Part shown: piece after piece, positions 58,214 to 64,000 of the stretch | Numbering within the stretch: the first letter of the stretch is position 1 | Layout: every line of letters starts with the position of its first letter | Origin: an uncultured Gammaproteobacteria bacterium | GTDB lineage: Bacteria > Patescibacteriota > Patescibacteriia > CAIXNZ01 | Length of the DNA stretch: 64,000 nucleotides | Assembly (NCBI GenBank): GCA_964590345.1 | Contig: CAZPVP010000001.1 | Span: 131,954-195,953, forward strand | Direction of reading: 5' to 3' | Position numbers and translations under genes: made by a program | Notes under the pieces: generated by a model | Database searches by the model: none | Told to the model about the DNA's origin: nothing | What the model saw: only the letters and a program-made list of their open reading frames with translations

Positions 58214-58837
58214 TTAAAAATTATATTCTGGTGTCTGAAAAATAGTTGCTTTATCAAAAGGCCAACCCCTAATCCAAGCCTTACCAATAATTAAACGTCT
58301 GGGGACCGGACCAAATCTACGAGAATCAAGGCTTGCCTCTCTGTTGTCGCCTAAAACAAAATATTCATTATCTTCCAAAATAAATTCTGTTTTACCCAAA
58401 TGCGGTGTTTCCATATCTTCAAATAAATAAATGTCTTCATCAAGTGGCACCCCATTTGGGAATTGATCATTATAGATAAAAATATCGCCTTCTTTAATCT
58501 TAACTTTTTCATCTGGCAAGCCAACAATCCTTTTTATAAAATATTGACTTGGATCTTTAGGATAACGAAACACTACAATATCGCCTCTTTCCGGCTCATT
58601 AAAACGATAAACTATTTCATTAATAATTAAATATTCATGATCGTGAAAGCTTGGCTCCATAGAAGCGCCTTTGACATAAAAAGGCTGTATAAGAAAATAC
58701 CTGACTGGAATTATAATTGCAAGAGAAATAATAACAACTTTAATAATTTCTACAAAAAATTCCCCTATAGTTCGGCCTAAAGAATCATAGGTTGATTTTG
58801 TTCGCCACTCAAATTGATCATCATTTTTATTAAACAT
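58214..58837 (-). CDS. lepB: Signal peptidase I
   Basis: GASMEP, RGDIVVF, FIKRIVGLP, YFVLGDNR..SLDSR. Confidence 0.95.
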   Translation of the reverse strand: MFNKNDDQFEWRTKSTYDSLGRTIGEFFVEIIKVVIISLAIIIPVRYFLIQPFYVKGASMEPSFHDHEYLIINEIVYRFNEPERGDIVVFRYPKDPSQYFIKRIVGLPDEKVKIKEGDIFIYNDQFPNGVPLDEDIYLFEDMETPHLGKTEFILEDNEYFVLGDNREASLDSRRFGPVPRRLIIGKAWIRGWPFDKATIFQTPEYNF

Positions 58838-59017
58838 TTCTTTTTAATCTAATTAAGATTTAAATAATAAAAATAAAAGCTTAATTATAATTATAAAGAT
58901 TATACCATAAAAAATCAAAGTCATCAAATTCAATTAATTTGAAATTTTTTCTTTTTTTTGGTTAAATATAAAGAGGAAGAATAAACGATACTTTGAAGTT
59001 TTATATTTATTTAAATT

Positions 59018-60409
59018 ATGGAAACGCCCAAAATAAATTTTTTAAACAACTTATTAGATAAAAAAAATAAAAGGAAAAAAAGGATCTTGCCTAAACTGTT
59101 TTTTTATCCTTTAATTTTTTTTATTATTTTTATTCTTGTTTTTTCTTTTCAAATTATTCTATCTGGCGATAGCTTAAGCGAAAGTTTTGAAAAAATTAAT
59201 ATCTTTAGCACTTATGGGCTTTCTTTAAGCAAAGACAAGCCTTTAGCAGGCGAAACTGATGACAGAATCAATGTACTACTTTTAGGTATGGGCGGTTCTG
59301 GCCATCCCGGACCTTATTTAACTGACACTATAATTATTATTTCTTTAAAACCTTCAGAAAATAAAGTTGCAATGATTTCTATCCCACGAGATTTATCAGT
59401 GCCAATTCCGGGCTATGGCTGGCGCAAAATTAATAATGCCAATCATTTCGGGGAATTAAAAGAACCAGGCAAAGGAGGAAAATTTGCCGCTGAAGTTATC
59501 AGTGAAACTTTTGACCTGCCAATACATTACTACGTAAGAATTGACTTTTCGGGTTTTGAAAACTTAATCAATGAATTGGGCGGAATTAAAATACATGTAG
59601 ACAATGATTTTGCTGATTATAAATTCCCGGCTGATAATTACGCCTACCAAACAGTAGCCTTTGAACAAGGCTGGCAAAAAATGGACGGACAAACTGCTTT
59701 GAATTATGCCCGATCAAGGCACGGCACTAATGGAGAAAATTCTGATTTTGCCCGCAGCAAAAGACAGCAAAAAGTCATTCAAGCAGTAAAAGAAAAGGCT
59801 CTTTCTTTTACCACTTTTTTGAGCTACAGAAAAATTTCAGCCATGCTTGACCTTTATCAAGAACACGTAACTACGAATTTAAAAGTCTGGGAAATTTTCA
59901 AATTTGCAAAATTGGCAAAAAACATTGGACAAGAAAACATTAATAATATTGTTCTGGAAAACGGCGCCGATGGCCCCCTTTATTCAACCAATATCAACGG
60001 AGCCTATTTGCTGCTACCTAAAGACATGTCATTTTATCAACTCCAACAAATAGTTAAATATGCCTTTGAACCAGAAAAACAAATTAAAGCAAAAGAACAA
60101 GTCAAAGTAGAGATACAAAATGGCACAAGGATAGAAGGATTGGCTTATCGCACTTCAGTTTATTTAAAAAACAAAGGTTATAAAGTACTCAAAATTAGCA
60201 ATGCTCATGAACAAAATTTTGAAAAAACCGTTATTTTTGATTTTAGCCAAGGCCAAAAATCAGAAGCATTGGCAGATTTAAAAAGTAAATTAAGCGCCAA
60301 TATCTCTCCTGCTATACCTGATTCTTTATTATCCAAATCTGGGATAGATTTTTTAATTATTTTAGGCCAAAATCAAAAAGATGAAACTTCAATTTCCCAA
60401 TTAGATTAA
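59018..60409 (+). CDS. LCP (LytR-CpsA-Psr) family protein with LytR C-terminal domain
   Basis: NVLLLG, TDTII, SIPRDL, ALNYARSR, SDFARSKRQQ; C-terminal VEIQNGT...IILG. Confidence 0.93.
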   Translation: METPKINFLNNLLDKKNKRKKRILPKLFFYPLIFFIIFILVFSFQIILSGDSLSESFEKINIFSTYGLSLSKDKPLAGETDDRINVLLLGMGGSGHPGPYLTDTIIIISLKPSENKVAMISIPRDLSVPIPGYGWRKINNANHFGELKEPGKGGKFAAEVISETFDLPIHYYVRIDFSGFENLINELGGIKIHVDNDFADYKFPADNYAYQTVAFEQGWQKMDGQTALNYARSRHGTNGENSDFARSKRQQKVIQAVKEKALSFTTFLSYRKISAMLDLYQEHVTTNLKVWEIFKFAKLAKNIGQENINNIVLENGADGPLYSTNINGAYLLLPKDMSFYQLQQIVKYAFEPEKQIKAKEQVKVEIQNGTRIEGLAYRTSVYLKNKGYKVLKISNAHEQNFEKTVIFDFSQGQKSEALADLKSKLSANISPAIPDSLLSKSGIDFLIILGQNQKDETSISQLD

Positions 60410-60413
60410 AATT

Positions 60414-61781
60414 ATGAAAACCTTACCTCAAGTCATTATTATTGGTAGGGCTAATGTCGGCAAATCTACTCTTTTTAACCGGTTAATTGAAAGACCAAAA
60501 GCTCTTACTTCAAAAACCGCTGGCACAACCCGCGATATTAATATTGGTCGAGTCTATTGGCAAGGTATTAATTTTGAGTTAGTTGATACTGGCGGCATAG
60601 AAACAATTATTACTTCAAAAAAATTAAAAACACTTTCGCCTGCTTTAAACATTGAATTTGCTCAGGATATTATTAAAAAAACTCAAACAGCTTTAAAAAA
60701 AGCTGATTTAATTTTGTTTGTCGTTGATATTCAAAGCGGGCTTTTGCCACAGGATAAAGAATTAGCCGGAGCTATAAAAAAATCAAATAAAGAAATTATT
60801 TTTGTAGCCAATAAAACCGATTCCCCCAAATATAAATCAAATATTTCGGATTTTTACAAACTTGGCTTTGGTGACCCAATTTATGTTTCAGCCTTAAATG
60901 GCTCTGGCACAGGTGATCTTTTGGATTCAATTACAATTAAATTAAAAAAAACAAAAAAAACAAGAAAAACAAAAAAATTTGAAATCGAAAAAGCCATTAA
61001 AATTTCTATTTTAGGCAAACCAAATGTTGGCAAATCCTCACTTTTAAATGCGATTCTGGGTGAAGATCGGGTTATTGTTTCTCCCATTCCTTTTACAACA
61101 CGAGAAACCATTGATACTCATTTAGAATATAAAAAACAAAATTTTATTCTCGTTGATACAGCAGGGATTCGCAAACAAGCAAAAATAAAAAAAGACTTGG
61201 AAAAACTTTCAGTAAAAAAAAGTTTAACAAATGCTAAAAATTCCGATATCTGTTTTTTAGTCATTGATATCTCCAAACCAATTTCGGTTCAGGATAACCG
61301 ATTAAGCCGAATTTTACTTAACGCTCAAGTTAGTATTATTATTGTGGCTAACAAGTGGGATAAAATTGAAGAAAAAGAAACAAAGAGCCAAAAGAAATTT
61401 GAAAATTATATTTATAAAAATTTTCCTTATTTAACCTGGGCACCGATTATTTTTGTTTCTGCCTTAACAGGTAAAAATGCCCATAAAATTCTAGATTTAG
61501 CTTTAAAAGTTTATCAAGCTCGGCAGATTAAAATTTCTGAAAATGCTTTAAATAAATTTTTAAAACAAGCCATAAAAAAGCATAAACCAACTAAAGCCAA
61601 GGGCCTTAAACATCCTCGTCTTTTAAATCTGAAACAAATTAAAACAAATCCGCCTAAATTTGAACTGCGTATTGGCAAAACTGATACATTAAGCCAAGCT
61701 TATCTAAAATATTTAGAAAATGCTTTGCATCAAAAATTTGATTTAATAGGCACACCAATAAAAATAAATCTCAAACAATGA
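60414..61781 (+). CDS. der: Ribosome biogenesis GTPase Der (EngA)
   Basis: Two G domains (GRANVGKS, GKPNVGKSS; DTGG, DTAG; NKTD, NKWD) plus KH-like C-terminus. Confidence 0.96.
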   Translation: MKTLPQVIIIGRANVGKSTLFNRLIERPKALTSKTAGTTRDINIGRVYWQGINFELVDTGGIETIITSKKLKTLSPALNIEFAQDIIKKTQTALKKADLILFVVDIQSGLLPQDKELAGAIKKSNKEIIFVANKTDSPKYKSNISDFYKLGFGDPIYVSALNGSGTGDLLDSITIKLKKTKKTRKTKKFEIEKAIKISILGKPNVGKSSLLNAILGEDRVIVSPIPFTTRETIDTHLEYKKQNFILVDTAGIRKQAKIKKDLEKLSVKKSLTNAKNSDICFLVIDISKPISVQDNRLSRILLNAQVSIIIVANKWDKIEEKETKSQKKFENYIYKNFPYLTWAPIIFVSALTGKNAHKILDLALKVYQARQIKISENALNKFLKQAIKKHKPTKAKGLKHPRLLNLKQIKTNPPKFELRIGKTDTLSQAYLKYLENALHQKFDLIGTPIKINLKQ

Positions 61782-62647
61782 AACTGCTCATCATTTACAA
61801 TCCATTGGCTGGTAAAAAAAGTAAAAAAGACCAGCAGATAAAAAATTTTTTTAAAACTTTTAATCTTGAAATTGATTGGCATTATACAACTAAAGGTGCT
61901 TTTACCAAATTAAATCCTAATCATTATGACCGAATTTTTGCTTGTGGTGGCGATGGCACTGTAAAAGAAGCTGCCTCTTGGATTATTAACAATGAAAGCA
62001 AGACTCCATTAGCCATCATTCCCTCTGGAAGCGCTAATATCTTAGCTCTATCATTGGGCATCCCCTTAGATATTAAAAAGGCTTTAAAGCTTGGCTTTAC
62101 TCAAAATATAAAAAAAATTGATGTTGGCTTAATTAATAATCGTCATCATTTTTTAATTGCTGCTGGCTGCGGTTTTGATGCCAAAGTTATAAAAAACGCT
62201 TCCACAAAATCAAAAAAAACATGGGGATTTATTGCTTATATTATTAGTCTTATTTTTAGTTTTTTTAATACTAAAGCTAATAAATTTTTTATAAAAACAA
62301 ATAGTCAGCAACAAACTGTTACTGCTCAAAGTATTTTTGTCTCCAATTTTGCCAGTTTCTTTAATTTAAATTTAAATCCCCAAGCAAAAATTAATGACGG
62401 CTATTTAAATATCAGTATTTTAAAAACTTTAAATATCAGTGACTTAGGCATCTTAATTTATCGTTTATTTACTGGCAATTACCAAAAAGATTGGCGTTAT
62501 GAATATTACACGGCTCAAAATGTTTATATTTTGCCTTTTTATAAAAAAACGCCTATTCAAATTGATGGCGAAGTGGTAGAATTACCTTATTTAGATATTA
62601 AAATTTTATCAAAAGCTTTAAAAATAATTGCTACTAAATTACCTTAA
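61778..62647 (+). CDS. Diacylglycerol kinase family lipid kinase (YegS/DagK-like)
   Basis: NPLAG, GGDGT, IPSGSAN, GCGFDA, QIDGE. Confidence 0.92.
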   Translation: MKLLIIYNPLAGKKSKKDQQIKNFFKTFNLEIDWHYTTKGAFTKLNPNHYDRIFACGGDGTVKEAASWIINNESKTPLAIIPSGSANILALSLGIPLDIKKALKLGFTQNIKKIDVGLINNRHHFLIAAGCGFDAKVIKNASTKSKKTWGFIAYIISLIFSFFNTKANKFFIKTNSQQQTVTAQSIFVSNFASFFNLNLNPQAKINDGYLNISILKTLNISDLGILIYRLFTGNYQKDWRYEYYTAQNVYILPFYKKTPIQIDGEVVELPYLDIKILSKALKIIATKLP

Positions 62648-62701
62648 TTACATATTGCAAATGGCTTATAGCTTAATGGCTGTTTGCTATTCGCCAAATC
62701 T

Positions 62702-63235
62702 ATGAAACTTGTCGTCGGATTAGGTAATCCCGGAAAACAATACCAAAATACTCGCCACAATATTGGTTTTGCTGCTCTGGATTTTATCAGAGAGTCTTTT
62801 GATTTGCCAAAATTTAAACTAGATAAAAAATTAAAAGCTGAAATTTCCAAAAACAAAGAAATTATTCTGGCCAAGCCGCGAACCTTTATGAACAATTCAG
62901 GTGAGGCTGTTAGCTTATTGAAAAAATATTATAAAATTAAAATTTCCGATATCATTGTTTTGCGCGATGACGTTGATATTCCTATCGGAAAAATTAAAAC
63001 AAAAAAAGGCTCAAACGGCGCAGGCCATAAAGGCATTCAATCAATTATAAAGCATTTAAAATCAAATGATTTCTGGCAAATAAAAATTGGCGTTGCCAAT
63101 GAAATGATCAGAAAAAAAATCCCGACAGAAAAATTTGTTTTACAAAAGTTTATAAAAGAAGACTTGGAAAAAGCCAAAGAGCTACCCAAAAAAACAATAA
63201 AAGAAATTCAATCAATTATAAATAAAAAAACCTAG
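62702..63235 (+). CDS. pth: Peptidyl-tRNA hydrolase
   Basis: MKLVVGLGNPG..Y..TRHNIGF, KPRTFMNNSG, GHKG. Start set at ATG 62702. Confidence 0.96.
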   Translation: MKLVVGLGNPGKQYQNTRHNIGFAALDFIRESFDLPKFKLDKKLKAEISKNKEIILAKPRTFMNNSGEAVSLLKKYYKIKISDIIVLRDDVDIPIGKIKTKKGSNGAGHKGIQSIIKHLKSNDFWQIKIGVANEMIRKKIPTEKFVLQKFIKEDLEKAKELPKKTIKEIQSIINKKT

Positions 63236-63253
63236 TCATACGACTAGATTTTT
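63224..63253. terminator. Bidirectional intrinsic terminator between pth and tRNA-Pro
   Basis: A run, CTAGTC-ATAC-GACTAG, then T run. Confidence 0.65.
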
Positions 63254-63257
63254 GAAA

Positions 63258-63353
<96 letters not shown>

Positions 63354-63362
63354 ATTTTGAAA

Positions 63363-63530
63363 TTAGCGGCAAAAAATTGCCAAATAAAGTTTGTAAGGGA
63401 CAAGGAAATAATACTTTCCCCATTTAAAGGGATCGTAAATTTCATAACCTGTTAAGGCTCTAGCCATACAGGCTAAACCAATAATAATCACTCCTCCCCA
63501 AAACCAGGCGCTAATTATTGCTATCAGCAA
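63363..63530 (-). CDS. 55-aa hydrophobic small protein
   Basis: Not in ORF track. TAAGGAGGT, 5 nt, TTG start; MLIAIISAWFWGGVIIIGLACMARALTGYEIYDPFKWGKYYFLVPYKLYLAIFCR. Confidence 0.7.
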   Translation of the reverse strand: MLIAIISAWFWGGVIIIGLACMARALTGYEIYDPFKWGKYYFLVPYKLYLAIFCR

Positions 63531-63552
63531 AGTACACCTCCTTATTAATTTA

Positions 63553-63677
63553 ATATCCAGAGTACTACCTACCAGCGTAGAGTTCTTAGCACTAGGCTAA
63601 TGGCCCTAACTTGTGGCAAATCAGGAGAAGGAGGGACCTCCCTCATTGCCGGCTGGCAAGGTAGAAATCTGGATACT
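63553..63677 (-). ncRNA. Structured leader / candidate cis-regulatory RNA (family unknown)
   Basis: Closing helices TATCCAGA/TCTGGATA, CTACCT/AGGTAG and CCAGC/GCTGG enclose two hairpins; GC-rich relative to surroundings; begins just after a consensus promoter. Confidence 0.6.
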
Positions 63678-63688
63678 AATATTTTAAC

Positions 63689-63717
63689 ATTATAGCACAA
63701 TAGCTGACCTTTGTCAA
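63689..63717 (-). promoter_or_regulatory. Consensus sigma70 promoter with extended -10
   Basis: TTGACA (63717-63712)-17 nt-TATAAT (63694-63689), with TGn immediately before the -10. Confidence 0.88.
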
Positions 63718-63867
63718 ACACGTTTTTCACATCTGATTGGTTTGAATATCCGCTAACTTTCCTGAATATCTCTTTTTGCCTTGTTTCATCTTGATTTATA
63801 TACCCGATTTCTCCTAATCTCATTCTTTATTTCTCTTCTTTCTCCAATATGCTAATATTATTAAAGT

Positions 63868-64000
63868 ATGAAACAAGATTCAAAATACTGGATTGCTTTT
63901 TCGCAATTTGCAAAAATCGGTCCAAATCGCTTTAAAAAATTATATACTTATTTCCCTTCACTGAAAGAAGCCTGGCAAGCTTCTTTATTAGAGTTGCAAC
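63868..64000 (+). CDS. dprA: DNA-processing protein DprA, N-terminus (runs off window end)
   Basis: MKQDSKYWIAFSQFAKIGPNRFKKLYTYFPSLKEAWQASLLELQ resembles the DprA N-terminal SAM-like domain; only 44 codons are visible. Confidence 0.7.
   Translation, partial: MKQDSKYWIAFSQFAKIGPNRFKKLYTYFPSLKEAWQASLLELQ

Noticed and set aside
58838-59017. Replication origin at the strand switch
   Set aside because: AT-rich divergent spacer, but no DnaA-box cluster and no dnaA/dnaN nearby; more simply a divergent promoter region.
63553-63677. Assignment of the structured RNA as SRP RNA, 6S, T-box or a named riboswitch
   Set aside because: No SRP helix-8 motif, T-box sequence or recognisable aptamer consensus; shorter than a typical 6S RNA. 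Left unnamed.

Overview
AT-rich chromosomal window of a Patescibacteria/CPR-like bacterium (inferred from gene content and order; genetic code 11). Genes run almost entirely on the minus strand to 58.8 kb, then mostly on the plus strand. Housekeeping genes include rsmA, prfB, an HtrA protease, nrdR/nrdD/nrdG, ftsA/ftsZ, ybeY, rpsU, hisS, lepB, der, pth and the start of dprA. There are two large cell-surface loci. The first (1-15 kb) is a T4SS-like cluster with VirB4-like, PrgI, VirB6-like genes and a 2647-aa Cys-rich protein. The second (32-56 kb) is a run of surface proteins, three of which carry a VirB2/TrbC-like pilin module fused to adhesin-like domains (up to 3771 aa). The most unusual observations, mostly missed by the ORF track, are: (1) a tRNA-Pro(UGG) with a 22-nt hairpin inserted in its T-loop, with a second 20/22 copy of the element upstream of ftsZ; (2) a perfect sigma70 promoter, a structured leader with an anti-SD, and a 55-aa membrane peptide gene immediately upstream of that tRNA; (3) a split class III ribonucleotide reductase whose glycyl-radical loop is a separate 46-aa ORF; (4) a four-helix-bundle gene bracketed by inverted short-period repeats, with similar degenerate repeat arrays in many other spacers. 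All family assignments come from motif recognition by eye; no searches were run.
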